From a virus, in the IMG/VR virus record IMGVR_UViG_3300042691_053605, positions 64,001 to 128,000 of that record: a DNA stretch of 64,000 nt; one strand, written 5' to 3'. The notes under the pieces were generated by a model, which had not been told where the DNA came from, made no database searches, and worked only from the letters and a program-made list of their open reading frames with translations. The position numbers and the translations under genes are program-made. The first letter of the stretch is position 1. Every line of letters starts with the position of its first letter. This document shows, in pieces, positions 10,618 to 20,386 of the stretch.

Positions 10618-12314
10618 AAGTTCTTCTTAATGTTAGTTACCTCAGATCTATGAAATTCCATATTAAGATTTCTTGGAGTATCTTTTTTGGAAAATGTAAT
10701 GTTTAGAGTACTGTATTTGCCTGCTTCAATTCCCGGTGAAAAGTATGAGCCAAAACGATTTGCCCAGCCACCTCTAACAATTGCAATTTCACCTTTGCCT
10801 ATAATGATGTCACCAAAATCGTCAAGACCAATATCTGGCTTATTTGAATTGTCAGGGTTCTTTTTGAACTCTTCATTTTTTTCCGACACAAAATATACGT
10901 TTACCGAATCAACGCCTTCTACCGATTCAATTACGGAAATAAGATCCGATTTTGGTATACGATCTCTTCTTCTGCTAGCTAAAAAATAGTCAGAAGTTTT
11001 TGTTATGATTTGCTGCCTAATAACATCTTTATTAAAGCCTTCGTATGCCGTGATATTTGTAAACATTACGTATCTACTAAATATAGGATCAATAATTTTG
11101 TTAACTACAGTCATAAGTTTTTGACCGCTTTTTTCGATCAAATCATATATCTTTGTTTTTTCAATATTGCTGAGCTTAAACAAATCCAGAGGAATGGTGT
11201 AATAATCATCGGAAGATTTTTTTCGCTTGTTTACGTCAGGAATTAAGAAGAGATACACCACATTGTCATCAGTAATATCATCATCATTTAGTGTGGTAAA
11301 CGCATCTATAACTGAAAAGAAATTAAACTTTTGCAAAAAGTAAACATAATTATCAACATTTGCTAAAATGTAGGCTTTACTTGTTTTTGGCGCCAACAGC
11401 TTTGTTAAGAAAATAGGTTCTGCATCAGTTCCAAAATTAATTGGAACCTCCATTTGGATATTTAACGCTTTATTAAGATCTACTTCAGATCCTGCAATAT
11501 CAAACCCTTCATCTAAAAATTTGAAACTTGGAGAGTCGTCCACAATAATGTTTCCAGAGTTTCCGGAGGTAGTTAAGTATTCCACCCGTATTACGGCTCC
11601 TAACGGAGGATTTTTCCCAAAGTAGCCGTTTCCAAAGTAAACGTCGATTCCGGAGTCTATTCCGGTTTTGATGATAACGCCAGGTGTTTCGTACACCATA
11701 TCGTACAGGGACTCGTATTTTGGCCATTCCTCGTTATTTACATATACTTTTACAAAATTGTTGTCAATATTGAAATTCTTTTTTGGCAGTGTTGTAAATG
11801 ATTGCAAAGCCTCACCAGTTCCAGTATACGACTGCGCTTCAATAACGCCTTGTATTACTGATACCTCTATGGAGTTTTTGCCAGATAACTCAAGAGTAAC
11901 TACGTCCTGATCTAAAACTACTGTATAGGTTAAACCGTTTGTTTTACATTGCAACGAAGTATAATTAGGTATGATAACCGAATTACCGTACATATCAAGT
12001 TTTGCTCCACTGTAAGTTAACTTTAATGTACCAGACGCTCCAATAGGTCGGGTAGGATTGTGACCAGCAATACGTGCAAGTCCTCGGATAGAATTGGGAC
12101 GCTGCGCGGTATAAATGTTTAACTCATTTATGCTGTCTTCTATATAGTAAAAAAGAAGTCTTCCAAGATCTAGAATTACTTGTAAAAGCTGACCGTAAGG
12201 ACTTGCAGTGCTGAATACCTGATCTGCTTGTTCATACTTTGCCTGTAAAAAAGTTCTAGCGTCCTGATAGAGTTGCTCAAACGTTATTCTCGTAAGCTTA
12301 AAAATCTCTAACAT
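10614..12314 (-). CDS. Baseplate wedge subunit (T4 gp6 / baseplate J-like)
   Basis: TAQRPNSIRGLARIAGHNP, VYFGNGYFGK, IRVEYLTTSG motifs typical of gp6. Confidence 0.85.
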   Translation of the reverse strand: MLEIFKLTRITFEQLYQDARTFLQAKYEQADQVFSTASPYGQLLQVILDLGRLLFYYIEDSINELNIYTAQRPNSIRGLARIAGHNPTRPIGASGTLKLTYSGAKLDMYGNSVIIPNYTSLQCKTNGLTYTVVLDQDVVTLELSGKNSIEVSVIQGVIEAQSYTGTGEALQSFTTLPKKNFNIDNNFVKVYVNNEEWPKYESLYDMVYETPGVIIKTGIDSGIDVYFGNGYFGKNPPLGAVIRVEYLTTSGNSGNIIVDDSPSFKFLDEGFDIAGSEVDLNKALNIQMEVPINFGTDAEPIFLTKLLAPKTSKAYILANVDNYVYFLQKFNFFSVIDAFTTLNDDDITDDNVVYLFLIPDVNKRKKSSDDYYTIPLDLFKLSNIEKTKIYDLIEKSGQKLMTVVNKIIDPIFSRYVMFTNITAYEGFNKDVIRQQIITKTSDYFLASRRRDRIPKSDLISVIESVEGVDSVNVYFVSEKNEEFKKNPDNSNKPDIGLDDFGDIIIGKGEIAIVRGGWANRFGSYFSPGIEAGKYSTLNITFSKKDTPRNLNMEFHRSEVTNIKKNL

Positions 12315-12328
12315 TGATAGTGTTTATG

Positions 12329-12691
12329 TTATTTTGCAACCAGGCCAAAGGCCTTGGATCCATTAACATATATATCAATGTAGGCTAAATCCCTGACAGT
12401 TCCCGGGACAAAATTTACTTCAATCTTTAAGTCAAAATAACCCGCCTCTGTGACATAAGCGGCTACTTGTTCATCAAATTTTCTCTTTAACTCATTTGCG
12501 CTAAACCCAAATTCAAAAAGCAAGTCCTCTAAACTTAAACCAAAATTAGGATCACCTAAAATATCCCCTTTTCTGGTAAAGAGAATCATTTTAATTTTTT
12601 GCAAAAGAGTTTTAACCGAATCGCGCTCATCAATTTTATTCGGTTCATAACCAGGTTCAAGCTGGTTAATTATGTAGAGTTCTTTAAGCAT
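12329..12691 (-). CDS. Baseplate protein gp25-like
   Basis: ILFTRKGDILGDPNFGLSLEDLLFE motif; 120 aa. Confidence 0.85.
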   Translation of the reverse strand: MLKELYIINQLEPGYEPNKIDERDSVKTLLQKIKMILFTRKGDILGDPNFGLSLEDLLFEFGFSANELKRKFDEQVAAYVTEAGYFDLKIEVNFVPGTVRDLAYIDIYVNGSKAFGLVAK

Positions 12692-13422
12692 TAATGGAAT
12701 ATGTAGAACCAGTCTGGGCTGTTTTCGTCATCAATCTTTTGTTTGATTTCTTCTAGTTCCTCTTTACCTTCTTCTTTTATGGTATCAGCATTTACCTGTA
12801 CTCCTCCTGGAAGATTATATGTAAAAAAGCCTAAAATTCTACCCAAAGATATCTTTGCTTGCGCGGTTACCCAACGTTGAAAAAACCAGTCATCATAAAG
12901 TTTGTTTTCTTCAATCTTGGCATAGGTTTGCACAGAACAATTTCGTTTTGGATTTCTACCAATAATTTTTAGCCTTTTGGTATTGCGATTAAAGTCATAA
13001 GATACACGTTCAAGAATAAAGGCTTGCGTAAGATCCCAATATGAATACTGTGCTGCTCTGAGAACTAAATCATCAGAGGCAAATGGAGACAAAAACAATT
13101 CAGCGGCAAGCAGACGATTATCATAAAAGTCAGCATCTATGGTTCCTAAACGGCCAGCTCCTTGTATTTCACGGATTTCAAAAACAGAAACTACGCAATC
13201 TGGCATAAGAATTGAACGGGTTGCCTTAAATTCTGGAGTTTGAAACCAGTCCTTTGTTATTACATAATACTGTGTTTCTACCGCCGGCCCGTAATTAACA
13301 TAAAACCAATTTAGAGCCTGGTCTATAATACGGTTCATCTCACGCTCAGGCACAGAATACGGCAAAGAACAAGATCCTGTGATCTCGTTATTTACAATTT
13401 CTATTAGTTCGCCTCTAGTCAT
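12691..13422 (-). CDS. Neck protein (T4 gp13-like)
   Basis: IIDQALNWF and LPGGVQVN...I.EEG motifs. Confidence 0.75.
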   Translation of the reverse strand: MTRGELIEIVNNEITGSCSLPYSVPEREMNRIIDQALNWFYVNYGPAVETQYYVITKDWFQTPEFKATRSILMPDCVVSVFEIREIQGAGRLGTIDADFYDNRLLAAELFLSPFASDDLVLRAAQYSYWDLTQAFILERVSYDFNRNTKRLKIIGRNPKRNCSVQTYAKIEENKLYDDWFFQRWVTAQAKISLGRILGFFTYNLPGGVQVNADTIKEEGKEELEEIKQKIDDENSPDWFYIFH

Positions 13423-13436
13423 TTATTAAACTTTTT

Positions 13437-13775
13437 TTATAGCTCGGGAATAAACCCAAGACTATTCATGCAATCCTGGTCAAAATAGTTTTTCTGACTT
13501 CTTGGATATTTATGACTCCACAAAACAGTTTCGTTTTCTACAATTTCAATATAAAAAAACCCTCCGCCTTCTCCTACAGTAATAACCCATTCCGATCCAG
13601 CGCGTTTGTCATTTCCAACATAAACCTCAGCAAAATCAAAACGATTATCAGTATTTTCTTCTGTGCGTTCTTCATCAAGTTCAAAAGTTATTCCATTAAG
13701 CCTAAGCTTTTTTTCAATATCAAATGGAAGAGACGCCTCATTTAAGAAGGACTCAAATGTTTTAACGTGTTTCAT
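13437..13775 (-). CDS. Putative internal head protein (capsid-targeting N-terminus)
   Basis: Starts MKHVKTFESFLNE. Confidence 0.6.
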   Translation of the reverse strand: MKHVKTFESFLNEASLPFDIEKKLRLNGITFELDEERTEENTDNRFDFAEVYVGNDKRAGSEWVITVGEGGGFFYIEIVENETVLWSHKYPRSQKNYFDQDCMNSLGFIPEL

Positions 13776-13881
13776 TTTTCAAAGCTTTCAAAATTTCAAG
13801 ATTTGCCTGCATTTGCTTTCTTTTTTTAGATGCATTTGCACGATTTCTCCATTTAGGATGCGCCTTATGAGACTTAGCCAT
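13762..13881 (-). CDS. Small basic protein (39 aa), not in ORF track
   Basis: MAKSHKAHPKWRNRANASKKRKQMQANLEILKALKNETR; TAATG-coupled to amidoligase stop and fills the gap to the next gene. Confidence 0.55.
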   Translation of the reverse strand: MAKSHKAHPKWRNRANASKKRKQMQANLEILKALKNETR

Positions 13882-15302
13882 TATTTCTTTTCTTTCTTTT
13901 TATCCTCCTTGTCGGATTCTTTAGCACCTTTTTCAGCATTTTTATAGCTTCCAGATGCTTCGGTTGGTTCAATTTGTTCAACAATAAGAGTTTCTTTTGA
14001 TACCTTTGCAAGCTTTCCAACTTCTCCGTTACGAATAACACCACGGTTAACTTCACAATTGATAATGTTTGTTTTGTTTTCAATAAAACAATCATTTAGA
14101 ACATTTCCTACGTGTAACGGGCATTCTGCAACTTTTGAAAAGTTAACGGTATTTCCTTTTGAAAATGTACAAAAGGTTAGTCGGCTATTTTTTATTTCGC
14201 AGTTGTAAAAAGTTCCTCTTTCAACTACACCTTCAATTTCACAGTTAACAAATTCCATGTCAATTAAACGGCAATTTCTAAGTTTGCTATCTTTTAACTG
14301 AAATGTACCAATTTCAGAATCATAATTAAATTCGCCTTTTTCCATTCCGCCGGTCATAATAACCTCAAAGAGTTTATCTCTTAAATTTGCCCAAACACTT
14401 TCAATGACTTCATTATCATCATTCATATCAAGTGTTACCTTAATCTTTGGGAACGCTTGTTTGAAATGGCAGTACTTTACAAACCCTTCAGCAATTTTAT
14501 TTTGCTTCTTTACCAGTTTTTCCAATTCACGTTTTTCACCGCTAGTATATTCTACAAAATTAAGAGTAGCGTGCATATGCTGAATAAAATACTCAATCAA
14601 ATCCAAAATTTTCTTGGTTTTCTTTTCATAGTCAGCGCCTCCCATATAACGGTATTCCAAATAGCCTTTTTCTAATTTGGTAAAGTTAACACCGTAATAC
14701 TTTTCGGCAGGGGTTGCAAATGTTTGTTTGCTGTAAACTGAGCTGTTAGGTGAAACAAAGAAATTTGCTTTATTGGCACGAATTTCACGAATACTTCTTG
14801 CATATACAGAGTCTTTTCTTTTTGGAAAAACACTGTATACACGGTCCTCGTCAAATGAAAGTATAAATTTTAGAACATTTGTATCTTTAATGTCAAATAA
14901 TGTAGGTAATTTAACCGGATCAATAGAAACATTGGCATGTATTGAGCATCTCTCGTTTGTATAACCATTGTTACTTATCCATTCAAACATTTTTATGATA
15001 ATGTTACGGGCTTCCGTATATTTCATAGGACCGGTTACCAACTCACACATGGTAAGTCCACCGGAATAATCTGGCTCCAATTTGAAAACGCTATCAGTTG
15101 GCTGGATTGGCGAATGATAAAGAGGCTTTGGCTTATTAATATCACCAAGCGCGTACGGTACAACTACGCGTTTTCCAATAAACTTGGAAATTGAACGTGC
15201 AGTTTCCTGTACATCTTTAAAGTTTGAATAGAATTCAAATTCAATTCCAACTTTACCGGCTTCCAGAACCTCTTCTGGGCGATAGCTTTTCTTAATCTTC
15301 AT
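13881..15302 (-). CDS. Putative amidoligase (COOH-NH2 ligase) with C-terminal beta-helix-like repeats
   Basis: GIEFEF, EPDYSGG, ELVT, CSIHANV, KYYGVNF, LEYR motifs; C-terminal NCEI/NSRL-type repeats. Confidence 0.75.
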   Translation of the reverse strand: MKIKKSYRPEEVLEAGKVGIEFEFYSNFKDVQETARSISKFIGKRVVVPYALGDINKPKPLYHSPIQPTDSVFKLEPDYSGGLTMCELVTGPMKYTEARNIIIKMFEWISNNGYTNERCSIHANVSIDPVKLPTLFDIKDTNVLKFILSFDEDRVYSVFPKRKDSVYARSIREIRANKANFFVSPNSSVYSKQTFATPAEKYYGVNFTKLEKGYLEYRYMGGADYEKKTKKILDLIEYFIQHMHATLNFVEYTSGEKRELEKLVKKQNKIAEGFVKYCHFKQAFPKIKVTLDMNDDNEVIESVWANLRDKLFEVIMTGGMEKGEFNYDSEIGTFQLKDSKLRNCRLIDMEFVNCEIEGVVERGTFYNCEIKNSRLTFCTFSKGNTVNFSKVAECPLHVGNVLNDCFIENKTNIINCEVNRGVIRNGEVGKLAKVSKETLIVEQIEPTEASGSYKNAEKGAKESDKEDKKKEKK

Positions 15303-16506
15303 TTGGGATGGTCAAGAAAATTTTATCGTTGTGTACTCTGTCTACAGTTACCATAACCTTCTCACCTACAACGTATTTTTTCTTTTTATTTTTTGTTTCT
15401 TTTTGTGAAATAAGTCCTACAATATCTTTTTGAAGTTTTACCAATGTACCGAACGGCTGAATTGATACAACTTCACCACCTGTAATTACTCCAAGATTCT
15501 TTTCTTTGAAATCCTCAATTTCTTTCATGCGAATACTGGGATCTTCATCGGTAAGTATAATCTTTTTGTCAGCAGTAATTTCTTTAATCCAGAAAGAGAT
15601 TTCTTCGCCGGCTTTGAATTTGCCTTCTTTGAATTCTTCACGCATTGCGGGTGTCATCTTACTTGTATGAATCAATCCTGTGAAGATTTCGCTAAATTCA
15701 ACAAAAATACCAAACTTAGCAGTTCCAGTAATAGTACCTACATATTTTTCAGTAGTACTAAGGCTTTCAATTTTTGAAGGTAAAATGTAGTTCAAATACT
15801 TTTTATGGCTAAATACAAAGGCACCTAAATCTTTTAGGTAATCTTCTACCATTACAGCAACTTCTTTGCCTAACATGGAATCAAAATCCCTAACTACGTT
15901 GGCAGCAGCAAGCGAACCTGGTAAGAACCCTTCTACGCCATTTACGTTTACAAGGAATCCACCTCCGTTTCTGCTAATTATTTTTGCATAATAAGCATTT
16001 GTAGGTTTTGCAATTTGTTCAAAGAATTCTCTGCGAATACCATCAGCATATCCTTTACTTAAGGAGGCAATAGTAAACGGCTTAATAGTTTCAATTGTAG
16101 CTTTTCTGTTAGCGTTTGCTACAAAAGCGTCGCGTGAACCTTCCTGTTGCATCCATTCGTAAAAAGAATGCTGGTCCATTTCGATATTTCTGAAAAATGG
16201 CTTTTCCTTTTCTAATTGAATAACCGCTTCCACCATTCCTGAGAGGGTAACTACCATCTCTTTTTCATTGATACTTACAACAGATACAATGGATCTGCAT
16301 TCACCAATTTGAGGTTCTTTTGCGTTTTGCGGTAAGGCTTTTTCGTACGCTAAAAACGCGTCCTCCGCGCCAGCGTCGTGTCTCCATACACTAGCACTGT
16401 ATTTTGCTAGTATATCTTTGTTTGGAACTCTCTTCATTCGAAGATCCTCAGCAACTGCCAGGTCCCAATCAAAGTCTACAATTTCTGTGTTATTTTTTAT
16501 TTGCAT
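15292..16506 (-). CDS. rpsA: Ribosomal protein S1-like (multiple S1 domains)
   Basis: GGFLVNVNGVEGFLPGS, KFGIFVEF...GLIHTS and PFGTLVKL...GLIS S1 repeats. Confidence 0.8.
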   Translation of the reverse strand: MQIKNNTEIVDFDWDLAVAEDLRMKRVPNKDILAKYSASVWRHDAGAEDAFLAYEKALPQNAKEPQIGECRSIVSVVSINEKEMVVTLSGMVEAVIQLEKEKPFFRNIEMDQHSFYEWMQQEGSRDAFVANANRKATIETIKPFTIASLSKGYADGIRREFFEQIAKPTNAYYAKIISRNGGGFLVNVNGVEGFLPGSLAAANVVRDFDSMLGKEVAVMVEDYLKDLGAFVFSHKKYLNYILPSKIESLSTTEKYVGTITGTAKFGIFVEFSEIFTGLIHTSKMTPAMREEFKEGKFKAGEEISFWIKEITADKKIILTDEDPSIRMKEIEDFKEKNLGVITGGEVVSIQPFGTLVKLQKDIVGLISQKETKNKKKKYVVGEKVMVTVDRVHNDKIFLTIPNED

Positions 16507-16525
16507 ATTGATTTGTGTTTCTAAG

Positions 16526-16534
16526 CTATATATC
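16526..16534 (-). promoter_or_regulatory. Late-type promoter GATATATAG
   Basis: Upstream of S1 gene; 17-bp stretch 16518-16534 identical to 38224-38240. Confidence 0.6.
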
Positions 16535-16538
16535 CATT

Positions 16539-17108
16539 CTACTTAATGCCACCAATAAATACTACTGGTATTTTTGCGGCAGCAATCGCATCGGGAACGG
16601 AAAACGTAGGTGAAAGCGTAAGTTCAATAGGAACCGGATTTAGAATAGCGGAAGCTCCGACTCCAACTGTAAGAGTTCCCGGTGGTATCGTTACCACTAA
16701 ATCCGCGCGTTTTATATTTGTAACTATAATATCGGCTAATAGAGGTGAAAGCTGCGCAACCAGTGCTTTTACAATATCAGAAGAAATATGTGCGGATAGG
16801 CAATCTGCCCACTCGGCAGCAACAACAGTCCACAGCTGATTCTTAAAGTCTACACGTTTTTGGACAGTGTCAAGATTTCCCGGTGCATTTTCAATTGCCC
16901 ACTTATCAATGGCTTCTTGCACCGAAAACACGCTGTTTTTTGTATTTTCTACAACTCCGCCTAAACGTTCGTCTTCGTCAACGCCTAATGCGGTATGTAA
17001 AGGTAGCGGATCTGCAAAGTGTGCAAGAAGAGAAGCCTTTATTGTTGGCTCCAGTGACTGAAACGCTGCTGCTAATTCAGTAGCTAACAGAGGTGTGTTT
17101 AATGGCAT
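16539..17108 (-). CDS. Hypothetical virion protein downstream of gp5
   Basis: 189-aa ORF in the tail operon. Confidence 0.6.
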   Translation of the reverse strand: MPLNTPLLATELAAAFQSLEPTIKASLLAHFADPLPLHTALGVDEDERLGGVVENTKNSVFSVQEAIDKWAIENAPGNLDTVQKRVDFKNQLWTVVAAEWADCLSAHISSDIVKALVAQLSPLLADIIVTNIKRADLVVTIPPGTLTVGVGASAILNPVPIELTLSPTFSVPDAIAAAKIPVVFIGGIK

Positions 17109-17118
17109 ATTTTATTTT

Positions 17119-17859
17119 TTAGATTGTTTTAACTACAGGCAAACCAGTTTTGCCACTTAAATGTTGTACAGGAGTCATGGGTATAACTGGTGGAGACGTG
17201 GGAGCTCCCATATTTCCAATATGTGTATGAGAATTAAAAAGAGCCAGAAATGAATCCCCTAATACCACTCTTTCAATTGCTCCTGCACCTAATTCGACGG
17301 TATTTGTATGATCAATTATTACGTTTTTTGTAGTAACATTAACAGAGTCTTCTGCATATATGTTAATTCGCGGCCCGATTAACTCAATTACGCTTTTACT
17401 CTCTTTGTGTTCAATTGTAATACTGCTATCTGGGTTAACTATAATTTGCGATTCCTTATGAAATAAATTAAGACCTTTTCCTGGAGTGTAAAAGATTTTT
17501 ACCTGCTCATCCTCATCATAGAGCAATACATGGCTTCCTAAATAACTATCAGAAATTTCTGATTGCATTGCTCGATTAATTGTTTGAATGCCATAATACT
17601 CGGGAGAGTATAAATTTCCTTCTGAAAATTGTATTCTTACAATTGCTCCTATTTTAGGAATCGATAGTGATCCAAATCCGCCTTCGCCTCCTGCAAATAC
17701 GGTATTTGTGACAGGAAAAGCCCACGGAATTGCATCATTTTCAAGCTCATCAAATAAACTAAATACTTTTATTCGGCATCTACCAAGCTGTTCAGGATCG
17801 TTGTTTTCTACAACTTCGCCTAACCAAATTCGATCTCTTAGTTCTTGTGTTGATGGCAT
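17119..17859 (-). CDS. Baseplate hub/spike gp5-like (OB-fold, no lysozyme domain)
   Basis: GEVVENNDPEQLGRCRIKV, IPWA, IPKIG, FNSHTH...G.PT motifs. Confidence 0.85.
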   Translation of the reverse strand: MPSTQELRDRIWLGEVVENNDPEQLGRCRIKVFSLFDELENDAIPWAFPVTNTVFAGGEGGFGSLSIPKIGAIVRIQFSEGNLYSPEYYGIQTINRAMQSEISDSYLGSHVLLYDEDEQVKIFYTPGKGLNLFHKESQIIVNPDSSITIEHKESKSVIELIGPRINIYAEDSVNVTTKNVIIDHTNTVELGAGAIERVVLGDSFLALFNSHTHIGNMGAPTSPPVIPMTPVQHLSGKTGLPVVKTI

Positions 17860-17860
17860 A

Positions 17861-20371
17861 TTATTCTAAATCTACGTTTCCTAAATTTGCTTTAACTTCG
17901 TCGGTTGGCGGTGCGGTTAAATCTACAGATCCTTCGGAAGCCTTTGGTTTAATCGGTCCTGTTAGAGGAACTTCTACCGATGATATTTTTTCTGGCGCGG
18001 GAGGCGCAACCAATTTAACTGGTGCTAACGGCTTTTTACTTGTTTCAGGGCTTTCAAAATTAACTTCACCTAATTTTGGGTTTGCTGGATTTGACGCCTC
18101 CAAATCAGTACGGCCAGGATCTTTATCACTTGGCTGATAACCGGCTAAAACAGTTTTTCCAGGCGTTACTGCTGCTGGGCCAGCTCCTTCAAGATTTGTA
18201 GATCCTGGTTTAGCCGAAGAAATTCCTGCACTTTGAAACTCGGTGGACCCAGGATTAATTGCAGATACTGAAGCTCCTGACAAGTTAACAACCATTGGTT
18301 TATCCGAAGAAACTGTTGGTTCTACCAATTCAACTTTTGTAGAACCTGACTGGCCAGGCGCTGCTCCTTCTAAATCTGAACTTCCAAGAGTTGCATCTTT
18401 CTTTGGCGCAGAATTCAAATCAACCGTAGTACCAGAGATATTACCTGGGTTTGCTCCGGTTAATTGAACACTAGTTGCAGAAGAATTTCCTGTTGGTGGA
18501 GCACTTAAATCAACCTTTGTACCTGATACTGATACCAAATTTGGTGCGGATAATTCTACACCAGAAAGAGCTCTTGGAGCAATTGCCGGTCCGGAGAGTT
18601 CAACAGCCGATGGGCTGCTAGGCGGAGTATTATCAGGACCAAAATCAACTTTAGAAGACGAAGCAGCGCCTACAGGAGGCGATTGCAAATTTACAGTGGA
18701 AGACTGCGCTGGAGATACGGTAGGTCCACTCAATTGAACTTTTCCACCACCGCCTGACGGTGCAGCTGCACCTTCTAACTGAACTGCAGAAGAACTTGCC
18801 GCATTTATAGTAGGGGCGGACAGAGTAACTGGTGAAACATTTGATGAATTTTCTGGTGGAGCCTGAAGTTCTACGCTTGAAGATGAAGCGGAACCTATAT
18901 TAGGACCACTTAATTCCGTATTTGTAGGACTTACCACAGAAGAAATTGCGCTCTGAACCGAGGTTAATTCAACTTGTGCAAGCGATTGAGTAAGTATTTC
19001 AGGCGCTTGTAAAACTACTTGTTTTGCAATGTTTTGTGAAACCTTTGGCTCAAATGCGTTTGAAAATACTCTTCCAATAACCCGTGCTGCTAAATCGGCT
19101 GCTAAATTGTTTGCTGCGCCAACTGCTATATTTTCAGCCTGTTCTGCAAGTCTACCCAATAAGCTAGAATTTCTTTCATTTTCTGCTTTTAACAAATCCT
19201 GATGTTTTGTTTGATCACGCAAATTGTTAAAAGAAGAATTCTTAATTCCTAAGAGATAACCAATTTCACTTGAAGGAATTCCTGCGTCATTTGCATCATT
19301 ACCAGTCTTTTTCCAAAACAGCGAATCCACTTTTGAATCATTTCTTTCTGACGCAGTTGGCGTATCTTGTAATATTGCTCCAAGAAGGCCATACGTATTT
19401 GATTCCCGGATAATCGGAGTTGTAATTGTAATTTTGTTGGTCGCCTCTTTTTCCGGAGTTTTTGCAATTGAGTCAAAATAACTCGGTGAATCCTCTTCTA
19501 TTGAAAACTGACATCCTGAAAAAGAAAACACCATAAAAGTAGCCAATGAATCAAAATTTTGCATTAACGTAGGGAACGACGAAAACTTTCCAGGGTCTCT
19601 TTGTAAAGCATCGGTTAATGTATTACTTAGAGCAGTTGTTGCCTGACTTGTTGGTAGCACCGCGTTAACTGCTGCCTGAATTCCTTGTTCAGCCAGCCCA
19701 GGTATGTTTATATTACCAAATAGACCAGTATCAAGAGGATTCTTATATGAATTCATCGACTGCGCAATATTTCGGTCATTCGTAGGAACCACTAGATCTG
19801 CAGGTCTTTGCATACTCCTAATTTCGGTAATTACAAGATCCATATCAAACCACCTTAAGTTTTCTGGCAAAATCCATCGCATATGAACAGAATCAAAGGT
19901 TGCCTTTCGGTATAAATCCATCAAATATGTAATCTTTAAGTCAATGGATTCAAGGGTTTCAAATGAAAGCTTTTTATCTTTACCGCGAAAGCTATTTCCT
20001 GGAGCAATTTTCCAAATTTCAGCAAGACCACTTACCTTTGTAAAAAACCAAGGAGTTTTTTCAGAAATATCTTTTAGCCCGGCAATAAATTCCCTAACCA
20101 TCTGTGCTCGAGTGTATTCGCCAATTCTTTTCAAATAACTAATAGCAGAATCAGGATGATCTTCAGAATATAAAAGTCCTCCTGGCCAGGTATCAAGACT
20201 TGGCTGTCCGGTAGGTAATTCGTTAAACCCATAAAATTTTAGGTAGAACCCAATATATGTAGGATCTTCATAATCCGCAAATTTTGAAGGGCGCTGTGTT
20301 GCATACGCGGATCGCCATGCTGGTGATGACTGCTCTAAAAATGACCGTGTAAGTGAATCAGCAAATTTCAT
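17861..20371 (-). CDS. Tail/baseplate-module protein with long C-terminal 15-aa repeat array
   Basis: Globular N-terminal half (possibly tube-like), then about 24 periodic units. Confidence 0.6.
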   Translation of the reverse strand: MKFADSLTRSFLEQSSPAWRSAYATQRPSKFADYEDPTYIGFYLKFYGFNELPTGQPSLDTWPGGLLYSEDHPDSAISYLKRIGEYTRAQMVREFIAGLKDISEKTPWFFTKVSGLAEIWKIAPGNSFRGKDKKLSFETLESIDLKITYLMDLYRKATFDSVHMRWILPENLRWFDMDLVITEIRSMQRPADLVVPTNDRNIAQSMNSYKNPLDTGLFGNINIPGLAEQGIQAAVNAVLPTSQATTALSNTLTDALQRDPGKFSSFPTLMQNFDSLATFMVFSFSGCQFSIEEDSPSYFDSIAKTPEKEATNKITITTPIIRESNTYGLLGAILQDTPTASERNDSKVDSLFWKKTGNDANDAGIPSSEIGYLLGIKNSSFNNLRDQTKHQDLLKAENERNSSLLGRLAEQAENIAVGAANNLAADLAARVIGRVFSNAFEPKVSQNIAKQVVLQAPEILTQSLAQVELTSVQSAISSVVSPTNTELSGPNIGSASSSSVELQAPPENSSNVSPVTLSAPTINAASSSAVQLEGAAAPSGGGGKVQLSGPTVSPAQSSTVNLQSPPVGAASSSKVDFGPDNTPPSSPSAVELSGPAIAPRALSGVELSAPNLVSVSGTKVDLSAPPTGNSSATSVQLTGANPGNISGTTVDLNSAPKKDATLGSSDLEGAAPGQSGSTKVELVEPTVSSDKPMVVNLSGASVSAINPGSTEFQSAGISSAKPGSTNLEGAGPAAVTPGKTVLAGYQPSDKDPGRTDLEASNPANPKLGEVNFESPETSKKPLAPVKLVAPPAPEKISSVEVPLTGPIKPKASEGSVDLTAPPTDEVKANLGNVDLE
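17864..18919 (-). repeat. Degenerate 45-bp (15-aa) coding tandem repeat, about 24 units
   Basis: Units begin [VT]x[LF]x[GAS][PA] every 15 residues from TELSGP to VKLVAP, then slightly longer terminal units. Confidence 0.85.
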
Positions 20372-20386
20372 GTAATCTATATATTT

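Noticed and set aside
17864-18919. Repeat array as a DGR target or DNA-level mobile repeat
   Set aside because: Periodicity is at protein level with diverged DNA; no reverse transcriptase or template/variable repeat pair seen
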